Positions 21,001 through 31,626 of a DNA stretch of 37,285 bases are shown piece by piece. Under the pieces are notes generated by a model that saw only the letters and a program-made list of their open reading frames with translations, ran no database searches and was not told the origin of the DNA. The position numbers were made by a program, and so were the translations under genes. Source of the DNA: Fonticula-like sp. SCN 57-25. Lineage: Eukaryota. Positions within the stretch are counted from its first letter, which is position 1; each line of letters begins with the position of its first letter. Where the stretch lies: contig MEDX01000035.1 in NCBI GenBank assembly GCA_001724245.1, forward strand, positions 1 through 37,285, in the 5' to 3' direction.

Positions 21001-22963
21001 ATGGAGGAGGCGGACGGGATCGTGATCCTTTCCCTCAAGCAGATCGGCTGGTACGCCGCGGGGTCTCGCGTTGTTCACGCGAACCTATTTCTCTTTTAAT
21101 TATTGCTTACATTGCTTCTCGATTCGCAGCAAACTCGACAATGTGCGGACCCTAAAGGAGTTTTCGGTTGATCACCTCGTTGAGGCGGTCGCCCGCAGCC
21201 TGCGCGCCATCAACCCCTCGTTTGATCTTCCGACGTCTCTCCCGGCCGAAATGTCTGGTCGCTATCGCATTGGTTCTGCACTTGCGGCTGCCTGCCAGGA
21301 GCTTGGCTACCGCGGCGAGCTTGGCTACCACCAGTTCCTGTACCCTTCCGAGGCCGAAACGCGCCGCATCCTGCTGTTCCTTCTTGAGGCGATGCCCAAG
21401 ATGGGCAAGAAGGAGGAGCAGGAGGTTGCCGGTTCAGCGATTATTATGTCGCGCGCGATTGCCGCCGAGGCGGCGGAGCGCTTGAAGAGCACTTGGGCGC
21501 CTCCGCTCGCGCAGCCGAACGCCCTCTATGTGTCGGCCAAGAACCCCGCTTCGTGGCACTACCGCAGCGCGCGCGCCTTCCGCGACCTCGCTACGGTATC
21601 CCTGTCGGTCCCTGACTACAACGGGCTTGTGTCTGTGCAGGTGTCCAAGGACGTTCGCCGCTTCCACGAGTCGCCGTTCTCTCGCCTTGTGACTGCGCAG
21701 TGCCCGTCCAAGCGCGACGTTGCTGCCTCGCTGCTCGAATCGAACGATGAGGAGATCACGGCCGCGGCCGACTGGGACGCTGAGTGGAACAGCCACGGGC
21801 TTCAGTCGGGCCTCTCCAAGGAAGAGTACCGCAACCGCAAGCGTAACCGCCTTCGCGCCATGATGGGCGACCAGCTCAAGAGCGCGATGCAGCGCGTCGT
21901 GCGCGACGACGCTGCGTCGCTCGACCTCCGCTCGCAGGACCATCTGAAGAACATTACCAGTCGCTTCTCCAACCAGGCCAAGTTTGCCGCCGAGCTGGAG
22001 ACGCCGACGGCCGCTGCTGCCGGCGAGACCGAGGAGGAGATTGCCAACCGCCGCAGCGCCGAGCTGCAGGAGCTCCGCGACAGGCTTGCCGCCCTCACTG
22101 ACCAGATCAACGACCTGAACAAGAACACGGACGGGTACGAGGTGAGCATCAAGCAGCTCGAGGCGCGCCTTGTCGAGGAGCGCGGCCTCAAGGACGAGCT
22201 CGAGACGGCGTATAAGGTCAAGAAGCGCGTGCTGGACCTCCTGGCCGACCCCGACGGCAGCATTGCTATGCTCAACGGGCAGCTGGACGCGGCCTCGGCG
22301 CGCATCATGGAGCTGTCGGCGCAGTGGGAGACGCGCCGCGGCCAGATGATTGCCATGCACCGCGACCTCGCTGCGCAGCGCGCGTCGCGCATGTCGGAAT
22401 CGCAGGTCAAGGTGCAAAAGATCAACGAAATGCGGGCGCAGATGAAGGTGTTTGCCGAGGAGGCGCGCGAGCGCAACGAGTTTTACAAGACGCTCGCCGA
22501 AGAGTACGAGCGGCTCAACAAGGAGAAGCAGCGCCCGCAGTACACGGAGCGCATCATGGAGATTGTCCGCAACGTCAAGAAGCAGAACCGCGAGATCGAC
22601 AAGGTGCTCAACGACACGCGCTCGGTCCAGCGCGAGATCAGCCAGCTCATCGCGACGCTCGACCGCTCGTACACCGCCACCGACGAGCTCATCTACAGGG
22701 ACGCAAAGGTTAACGAGTTTAGCAAGAGGTGCTACAAGCTGCTCGTCAATATCCACGAGCTGTTTGCCGAGCTCGTCAAGGTGGTCGAGGAGACGGGGTC
22801 GCTCCGCAACATTGCGCGCGACCTCGAGGACAAGATCGACCAGCTCAATACCGCAAAGACCGCCGCCAACCTTGCAAAGATCACGGGCGATCTCGAGATG
22901 GTCATCAAGGAGAACAGCGATCTCCAGCACCAGATCAAGAAGAAGGGCCTCGGTGTCGAGTAA
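21001..22963 (+). CDS. CCDC22: Coiled-coil domain-containing protein 22 (Commander/CCC complex, ~627 aa)
   Basis: Exons 21001-21050 and 21130-22963. MEEADGIVILSLKQIGC, LGYRGELGYHQFLYPSE...LLFLLEAMPK, YTERIMEIVRNVKKQNREIDKVLNDTRSVQREI...LDRSY..TDELIYRDAK...YKLL..IHE. Confidence 0.95.
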
Positions 22964-23139
22964 TTTGTTTTCTTTTAATACACACTCTATAGACGCAGTT
23001 TGCTTAAGTAGGTATTGTTGACAATGATGTTATAATTGGTCCATTTTTATTACCACTTTTGAGATTATTAAGTACTTTATTCTATCGCAACAACTTTGGT
23101 CAATGCGGCCCACTCTATTTCTGTACAAATTTTCTTTCA

Positions 23140-23996
23140 CTACAAGCGCGCGTGCTGAATGCGCCCCTCCATGCCGGCGTTCACATCAATGACGTGCCCC
23201 GTAATGTTGCCCGCCAACTTTTCGCTCGCGAGAAAGACAATTGCGTTTGCGATATCGAGCGGCGTCGACACCTTTTTCAGCGGCGACGTTGCGAGCGCCT
23301 GCCCGAGCAACGCCGCGTCCTGCATTGCGCGCTCCGCCATCGGCGTGCGCACCCACCCCGGCGCGACGCAGTTGACGCGCCCGCGCGGCGCTACCTTTAC
23401 AATCTCGTTCTTGAGGCTGAGCAGCATGCCCTGCATCATGGCCGACTTTGTCACGGCATAGTCAGCGTGCAGCGCCTCGCCAAACTTGCCGGCCGTCGAG
23501 CCGATCATGACGACGGAAATGTTGTCGGAGGCGCGCGCCGACTCTACCTGGCGCAGGAACTCGCGCACGTAGAGGAACGTCCCGGTGAGGTTCACCGCGA
23601 TTGTATGATTCCACTGGGCGAGCGACATGTCCTTGACGGCGACATCGTCCGTCGGCCAGATCCCGTGGTTCACAATGAGCGTCTGGACGGTGCCAAAGCG
23701 CGCGACCGCCGCGGCCATCGACGACGCAACGTCCGACTCGATCGTGCAGTCGGCACGGACGGCGTGCGCGCTGTGAGGGTACCGCGCGAGCAGATCATCG
23801 AGCGCGCGGGGCTGCGTCGTGTACTGGAGCGTCACCTTCGCACCGAGATCGAGGAAGCGGGAGGCGGTCACAAGGCCGATGCCGCCGCTCGCGCCCGTCA
23901 ACTAGACACAAAGAAGATACACAGGGTCAGTGAAACAAAAAACAATAAAGGGAATGGACGTGCAAACACATGCACGCCGCTCAACCCCGCGTCCAT
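23140..23996 (-). CDS. Classical short-chain dehydrogenase/reductase (~264 aa)
   Basis: Exons 23996-23964 and 23901-23140 (GC-AG intron inferred). TGASGGIG Rossmann motif, IGSTAG, YAVTK catalytic YxxxK, RVNCVAPGWVRTPM, ITGHVIDVNAG. Confidence 0.92.
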
Positions 23997-24367
23997 GTCG
24001 CTTCTAGGCTTGGCTCCTCTGGTTGATCACGTGATATGTGTTTTGAACGCAAAAGCAAACACGATCATGCCGCACCAATGCCTACGTTCTATTCGCACCG
24101 TTCCAGCATGTGTTCCTGGCGTATGGTGGTTGGCCAGTGAAGCTCACTGCATATATAACGATCACACGCATGGGCGTCAAACCATTCCACATATCAAGCA
24201 TCGCTAATGAGCATCCGATATGATGTTTATTTGAGTAGACGAGATTGTACACGGCCAAGAATGACATAAAAAAAGCAAGCAAAAAACCTGAAGAATTAAA
24301 ATCCGTTCATCCGTTCTTTTCTTTTCGGCGGCGGCAAATCCGCCCCAATGGTGCAAGATGCGATAGT

Positions 24368-26027
24368 TTATTCGCTCGAGCCCTGGATCAAAACGTCGTC
24401 GATCTTGAGGATCATCTTGACGAGCTGCGTGGCGAGGAGGAACTGCTGCTTCTTCGAGATGAGCGGGTCAAACACGTGCTGCTCCTTCATGTCGTTCGAG
24501 CCACGGAACATGGCGTCAACGCCAAGGCGCGGGTTCTTCTCGTTGACGTGGGCAGCCTTCAAATTGGAGAGCGAGTCGATCGGCGAAAGGCCAGAGTTCT
24601 CGGCGAGCGTCATCGGGACAGAGTCGAGCGCCGAGGCAAAGGCGCGCATGGCGTACTGCTCAATCGAGGGAACGCCGTCGGCGGCCTCGCTCACGGCGAG
24701 CGACGCGGCAATCTCGGCCGCACCACCGCCATACACGACGCGGTTGTCACGGATCAAATTGCGCGTGACGCACATGGCATCGTGGAGGGAGCGCTTGGCC
24801 TCCTCAACAAGCATTTTGTTGCCGCCGCGCACAAGCACGGTGACGGCGCGCGTGTTCTCGCACTCCTCGATAAAGATCATGCGGTCCTTGGACGTGCCAA
24901 AGGCGACCTCGCGGACGCGGCCAGCCTTGCCGAGCTTCTTAGGCTCAATCTCCTCAAAGCGCGGGATAATGCGGCCGTTGGTGGCAATGGCCATAAGCTC
25001 AAGCTCGGGGCCACCGACCCAGCGGATGGCGGGGAGCTTGTGCAGCATGAGCAGGTGGTTGGCCTCGTCATCAAAGCCCCACTGGCAGGCAACGAGGTTG
25101 GCACCCGACTCCTTCACCTTCAAGACCATCTCCTCAAAGACCTTCTTCTCATAATCCTGCAACCGCTCATACTCCTCGACGTTGGTGATGTCGAGCTTGT
25201 GCTTCGTCTTGGGCTTCGGGGGCTCAAACGGACACGTCAAAATGCTGCCAGAGCATGTCAGTAAACAGTCAGCCAGCGCGTCATTCAACGTACCAAATGC
25301 GGGCATCGGTAATCTCCTTGTCCATCTGTGGGTGCGAGATCTCCTTGTCGAGCACAACACCCTTGACGAGGATCGTGTCCTCGAGCGAGCCGCCGACCTT
25401 GCCCTCCATCTTGATGAGCTCAAAGTCAACGTCGCGGCGCTCAAGGTCGGCGACCGAGAGAACAGCCTCAACGGCAATCTTGGCGTACTTCTCGTGGTAC
25501 TTGTTCACGATCTTGGAGCCCAGCGACGTCTTGGCCGTCTTGAGCAGGTTCTCGACATTGTCGCGATCAAACGGAATGATGTCACCGACCTCGTCGAGGC
25601 GGCGAATGGCCACCTGCGAGGCGCGCTCATAGCCGTCGGCAATGCGGATTGGGTGCACACCGCGGTCCAAAAGAGACTCGGCCTGCTCGAGCAGAGCGCC
25701 AGCGAGCACGACAACGCCGGTCGTACCGTCGCCGATCTCCTCGTCCTGCGACTGCGACAGCTGCACCAACAGCTTGGCGATTTGGTGCTCCACCTCCATT
25801 TGCTTAAGGATAGTGGCACCGTCGTTGGTCACGGTCACGTCACCGTCGGCCGACACCATAATCTTGTCCAGGCCGCGGGGACCAAGCGACGAGCGCATGA
25901 TCGACGTCACCGTCTTGGCCGCCAGGATGTGCGACTTGATGGCGGCGGTGCCCGTCAGCCGCGTCTTCGTCTCCTGGTCGCGGATGATGACGAACGGACG
26001 GCCATATTCATCAAAGATGAGCGACAT
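24368..26027 (-). CDS. CCT5: Chaperonin CCT/TRiC subunit epsilon (~536 aa)
   Basis: Exons 26027-25294 and 25244-24368. [77 protein letters not shown] are epsilon-type motifs. Confidence 0.97.
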
Positions 26028-26289
26028 GGCGTCTACGGATGAGGATGGAGCCTAGTCGAGCGTCGACAAGGCGGAACCCACTCACCGGATGCGATGCGAC
26101 CTTAGAAGTGCGCGGATTCAACAAGCTGAACACAAACACGTCCGATTCCGGGGCAGACTCTACCCCAGATTCTGCTTGGTGTGTTGGCGGTTCGCAGCAT
26201 CCCAGGGGAGGGTGCAGTGTCGCAGCAGCACCGCTAGGACTGTCTGGTAGCGCGTTCGAGCATCCATCGAGGCGTATTCAGAGTTGAAC

Positions 26290-27994
26290 ATGTTCTGTGC
26301 ACGTACGTAGTCGCTTGCCGCGCGCGGATGGGGTGGGGGATGGATGCTCGCATGTGCGATATCGCGATGGAGGATGGCTAACGGCCGTTCCATACTAGTT
26401 TCGGGCGAGGCGGCCGTCAATCCCGTGCTGTCGCCGAAGAGCGGCCACGTCTTTGAGCGGCGACTTATTGAGACGTACTTGGCCGAGAATGGCAAGGACC
26501 CCATCAGCGGGGAGCCGCTCTCTGTGGACGAGCTGATTTCGGTCAACTGTACGCACTGCCCGGATTGCGCGCGCAATGTCGTTCTCACGCAGATTCCTGT
26601 TGCACAGTGCCCAAGTCCGCCAAGCCGCGCCCGCCGACGGCCACTAGCATTCCGTCGATGCTTGCGCTTTTCCAAAATGAATGGGATGGTGTTATGCTGG
26701 AGACCTTTGCGCTCAAGCAGCAGCTTGAGCAGACCCGCCAGGAGCTGTCGCATGCGCTTTACCAGCACGAGGCGGCATGCCGCGTAATCGCTCGTCTTGT
26801 TAAGGAGCGCGATCAGGCGCGCCAGGCGCTTTTGCACTACGATACCCGCTCTGGGAACGTTTCTGCGGCGCCCGCCGCTGCGGCTGCCCCCGCCGCGGCC
26901 GACTCGATGGAGGTTGATGCTGCCGCTGCCCCGGAGGGCGGGCTTTCCGCTGCCGTCGTCGAGAAGCTTGTGCAGACACAGCAGGAGCTCACTGCCGCTC
27001 GCAAGAAGCGCACTATTTCTCCGACCCTGGCATCCCAGGAGGCCATCGGGGCGTACAAGCAGACCTTTAGCACGACGAGTCTGCACAGCACTACGACGGC
27101 GGGCGTGACGGCGCTCGACGCCGGCCGCAGCGGTGAGGTTATTCTGACCGGCGGTGCGGACAAGAAGACGACGCTATATGACCGCGTAAATGACAAGATC
27201 CTTCAGCAGCTGGCCGGCCACACAAAGTCGGTGACGAGCGTTGTTCAGCACCCGACCGACGAGAACCTGGTCTTCACCGCCTCGGAGGACGGCACTGCGC
27301 GCATCTGGCACCGCCAGGGCGATAAATTCAAGGCTTCGATTATCAAGACGCACTCTGGCCCGGTCACTGCGATCTCGCTGCACCCGTCGGGCGACTACCT
27401 TCTTTCTGCCTCAAAGGACAAGTCGTGGGCTCTTACGGACGTCCACTCGGCGTCCAACGTTCTCCACGTCACTGGCGGCGCGGATGGTGCGCCATATTGA
27501 TTTTCTTTAGCGGCTTTCTAATGATTTTTGCAGCCTACACGGCGGCCGCGATCCACCCCGACGGCCTGATCTGCGCTATCGGTGAGAGCTCTGGCATTGT
27601 GCGCATCTGGGACATCAAGTCGCAGGCGACTGTTCAGACGTTTGAGGGCCACGAGGGCGCTGTGTCGTCGATCTGCTTTAGCGAGAACGGCTACCACATG
27701 GCCACGGCCGCGCACGATGGCTCTGTGCGCCTCTGGGATCTCCGCAAGCTGCAGACGATCAAGACGCTGCAGCTCGAGAAGGACAGCGCGCCCGTTGTCA
27801 GCTTTGACCACTCGGGGTCGTACATTGCTATCGGCTCGAGTGCCGTCCGCGTGCTTGCCGTCAAGCCCTGGCTTGAGGTTGCCGTCTTTAATGAACATAC
27901 CGACCGCGTGTCGGGTGTCGCCTTTGGCGTCGATGCTACGACCGTGTTCTCGGTCGGCATGGACCGCACCCTTCGCGTCTACGGCTCGGCCTAA
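26290..27994 (+). CDS. PRP19: Pre-mRNA processing factor 19 (U-box, coiled coil, WD40; ~500 aa)
   Basis: Exons 26290-26302, 26399-26548, 26608-27486, 27534-27994. MFCALSGE..VNPVLSPKSGHVFERRLI (U-box), PRPPTATSIPSML..FQNEWD..MLETF.LKQQL...RQELSHALYQHEAACRVIARL, and WD40 repeats (HPDGLI, FSENGYHMAT, WDLRKL). Confidence 0.97.
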
Positions 27995-28192
27995 ATTAGC
28001 GCTACCTTAAAATATTTCCGGCATTTACCGCCGTGTCTCTTTCGTGTTATTTGCTCTTATTTCGCACCTTCGTGCTTGCTGCCTCGCTGCACGCCGCACC
28101 ATTGTAACATACGGATACAAATACATTCAAAATACAAGGAATACAGAATATGATGCGACCCAGAATAAAACCATAGTATTACAATAAACATC

Positions 28193-29924
28193 TCACCAGT
28201 TTTCGATGAGTTGGGTCGGCTGCGTGAGCGACGCCGCCGATTGCGCAGGCGGCGACGGCGGCGCGGACGAGTTTGCCGCGGACGCCGCCCTCGTACTGAT
28301 CCGCATGCCGAGCTCGGCGTCGTGCAAAAGCGCCTCCATCTTTTTGACGGCCGCGTGGAGGTCGTGAGCGTCCAGTCCAACCACTGCCGTGTGCGTTAGC
28401 CATCACATAAAAAGGATTGAGTTGCGTACGCTCGCCGACGGTCTTTAAGAGGTACTCGTACTGAGCGTGCAGCTCGTCGAGGAGAACGTCCCCCCCGTGC
28501 TCGTCGTAGACCACGTATTTTGCGGCTGTGTGGCGCGGATTCATGACCCGCTCGGGCGGCGCCTCCCGCCCCCCACTCCGCGCCTCAACCGCCGCCGGCG
28601 TCTCCGCCGCGGTTTCCGCGCTCGCGACAGCAGCTGCTCTCCGCTCCTCGGGCGTCTGTAGTCGGCCCAGCTTGGCGAGCACGCCACCGACGCCCGACAT
28701 GTCCGCGTCGGCGCCCTTTTGGTCCTTGCTCGGCTGCGCAAAGATAACGTCCCTGCAGTACGCCGCGTACGCGGGGACGTGCTGCCGTTCGAGCCGCTCG
28801 AGCTGCGCGGCGCCCCACGGTACCTCAAACGCCGCCGTCTCGTATTGCTGCCGCCATCCTTCAAAGGCGTCCGGGAGGATTTCCCGCGCGAATTCACAGC
28901 GACGCGCGACGGTCCGCGGCGCGTCGTCGGCGCCAAAGAGAAGCTTGAATGCAACGACAATGGCGGCGCCCGTGAGCGCATCGGCAGGTATTTCGCCGCT
29001 GCGAATATGAGCAGTCTCCTGCAGCCGCGCGGCGCACGCGAAGAGCTCGCCGGGCAGCTTGAGGACGCGCACGCTGCGCGCGAGCAGCGCAAGCGTGTCG
29101 GCGGGCGGCCACGTAAGCGCGCCGCTCGTCTCTATTGCGCGGCGCAGCTTGTGCACCGACCGCGACAGCTGGCGCACGCTCGGCACCTTGGCGGGGCTGA
29201 ATTTTTGCAGCGCGTCGGCGTCGAGGCGGCGCCGAAGGGCGTCGGGGACGAGCGCGGAGGCCTCAAGGAAGGGGAGGCGACCCGCAAAGATGAGGCGGCG
29301 AATGTCCGAGACTAGAACGGGAAGGCGAAGGTACGCACATGAAAGGAGAAGGACGGACAGCGTGTGGACGAGCTTGAGCTTGCGCGGCACGCGGATCCCG
29401 TCGTGGGCGCCGTCCGATGGTGCTGGCGGCTGCGATGCTTCCGGCAGATCCGCGCCAACGAACGACGCCAAGTCGCCCGAGGCAGTCCGCCATAGAGATG
29501 AGCGGGCGTCCGACGGCGGCTCGGTGATCGACGTCTCGACCACGCGGACATGGGCAAGCCAGATCTCCAGCGCGACCGAGCGGAGGGCGGTGCCATCGGC
29601 CCAGCCGATCGACACAAGCGTCTCGACCTGGAGGCGCAAAACACGTAGCATCGCTTCGTAGACAAGAGCGCGCGCGTCGGACGCGTCTGCGGGGGGCTTT
29701 TTGTCCTCCTCGCTGCCGCCCGCGGGGGTCAGCTTGATACGCTTTTCGCGACGGCGGCGCGCGCCGCTCTGAAGAAGCGTGTCAAACTCGCCTTCCTCCT
29801 CGCGGTACTCGCTCGACTGATGCCCGCACTCTATGCACAGCATAAAGCCAAGATCATCTTGGCGCCACCGCTGCCCTCGGCACACCGGGCACGAGTGCGC
29901 AAAGTCGGCCACATCATGCGACAT
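28193..29924 (-). CDS. RRN7: RNA polymerase I initiation factor Rrn7/TAF1B-like (~561 aa)
   Basis: Exons 29924-28430 and 28383-28193. N-terminal zinc ribbon CPVC...GFMLCIECGHQ followed by an acidic segment, EAMLRVLRLQV..L, and TLSVLLLSCAYLRLPVLVSDIRRLI..G.LPF. Confidence 0.78.
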
Positions 29925-30137
29925 GGCCAAACGATGGCAGTGATGGATTGGTGGGAATTTGGCGGGAATCTAGCAGGTCCGGATTGAAACATGCAAAAAG
30001 TATCAATTAGAATAACTTTCGAGTCTCTCTGCGTCATACACATGCACTATCCATGCATTGAATATATATATTACATATCGTTGATACAAAGAATAAAAAT
30101 ACAGGAAAGAGCCATTTGGCCATGCAGCACCAAAATT

Positions 30138-31481
30138 TTACTCGCGCACCGACTCGTTCCGCGAGAGCCAGGCCAGTTCCCTCGCGAGCTCTACAAGCGG
30201 CGAAGGAAACCCGGACACTCCGCTCGGTGTATCGGTCATTTTAAGCCGAATTGTGAATGAATTAGGGAGCACGCAGAGCGTTGCGCCCCTCTGCGCGAGC
30301 CATTCGGTGAACCTCGCCGCGCCCGTCTCGCCCAAGTCGGCGAGGTCCCCTGACTCGTCACGCTTGCTCCACTTGGCAGCAATGTCCGTCAGCGCCACCA
30401 GCATCGGCTCATACCGCTCCGCGTACTCTACAACATACGCCTCATCGGCTACCGCGCATCGTAAGCACGATGCACATCCATACTGTATCATACCATTCAT
30501 CCACGCGTAGTAGTCGGTCGCATAGTGGGCAGCCGCGGATATATCAAACAGTAGGGGCTGCATGTGCCCGCTCATGAGCATGTTGACGGCGGCCTGCTTG
30601 CTCGCCGCGACTGACGGCGCGTGCCGCAGCTGGAAGGCGGGCACGACGTACGCGGCGTCGGTTCCGGGCGTGGCGGCGGCTGCAACCTCAGCCGCTACGT
30701 GGGCCGCATACTTTTCTTCGGGAAACCACACGTGCACGTCTGACTGGAGAACGCGCCTGGTGCGGACGAGGCCGAGCGCCGACTGTGACAGGAGGGCGCG
30801 CGGGTATGCGCAGCCTGGTGGCCCCGACTGCATCACGAGCGTCGCCGATATCGGGGCACCGACGCTCACGGCAAGCTCGTCTATCGCTCTTTCGAGGTGC
30901 GGGATGGCGGCGGCGGCGGGATCGTCGTCGCGCAGCAGTATCGACACGGCGACAGGGCCACCCCATTGCTCCGCCTGCGCCGCAAAGCGGTCAAAGTGCT
31001 TCAGCGATAGGTGGGTGCTCAGCGTGACGGCGGAAGGATCGGCGGCATCCTTCGCCGGTGAGGAAAGCGTTCGGACGCGATGCCGACAGCCGGACGCTGT
31101 CTCGTGATCAGGCGCAGGCTCGGGCAAGGGATCGGACGAAGCGGTCGGCATGCACCCGACGCTGCCTGTGCTGCCCGGCGACCGAGCAAGGACAGCACTA
31201 CCGGGAGCAAGGCGAATAGCAACGGCGCTATTCAAAGGCACTTTCCACGCAGAGAATGCGCCATCATTGTTGGACCGCACCACCAGGTACAGCGGATCCG
31301 TCGCCCCTGCCTCGACGCGTAGCATGCCGCAACCAGCATGCGCTTCATAGTGTTGAAAGGGTACACGGAGCGGGTTCGCCGTTTCATTGTGTGCCTCCCT
31401 GTCATGGCTGATCAACCAAAAAAACATAAAGAGCATACAACGCACCGTCAAGCCCTGCTTTGCCTTGCGCCATGGCCGCAT
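30138..31481 (-). CDS. Divergent glycosyltransferase family 49-like protein (LARGE/B4GAT1-type domain)
   Basis: VTLSTHLS...WGGPVAVSI, YP.ALL...AL...RT.RVLQSDVH, AYVVPAF, AHYATDYYAW, RYEPMLV, LCVLPNSFTI follow GT49 motif order. In-frame intron 30449-30493 inferred. The 5' end and first exon are uncertain. Confidence 0.7.
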   Translation of the reverse strand: MRPWRKAKQGLTVRCMLFMFFWLISHDREAHNETANPLRVPFQHYEAHAGCGMLRVEAGATDPLYLVVRSNNDGAFSAWKVPLNSAVAIRLAPGSAVLARSPGSTGSVGCMPTASSDPLPEPAPDHETASGCRHRVRTLSSPAKDAADPSAVTLSTHLSLKHFDRFAAQAEQWGGPVAVSILLRDDDPAAAAIPHLERAIDELAVSVGAPISATLVMQSGPPGCAYPRALLSQSALGLVRTRRVLQSDVHVWFPEEKYAAHVAAEVAAAATPGTDAAYVVPAFQLRHAPSVAASKQAAVNMLMSGHMQPLLFDISAAAHYATDYYAWMNGMIQYGCASCLRCAVADEAYVVEYAERYEPMLVALTDIAAKWSKRDESGDLADLGETGAARFTEWLAQRGATLCVLPNSFTIRLKMTDTPSGVSGFPSPLVELARELAWLSRNESVRE

Positions 31482-31626
31482 GGGATATGCCGCTTGCCCC
31501 CTGCACAGCTTGAAGGGTTGACAGCCTTCTGATTATTCTCTGATTATCGCTGATTTCTCCTGATTGCGGTGTTTCCTAATCCAAACAGCAGTCCGCCGTC
31601 GGTGCAGGGATCCCGCGACGCGCGTC

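Noticed and set aside
21596..21640. Possible 45-bp in-frame intron in CCDC22 (GTATCC...CTGAC...CAG)
   Set aside because: The donor lacks the +5 G typical of donors here, and the encoded peptide (SLSVPD) appears to align with remembered CCDC22 sequence.
26303..26398. 96-bp PRP19 first intron as a snoRNA host
   Set aside because: No C (RTGATGA) or D (CTGA) box and no H/ACA layout is visible.
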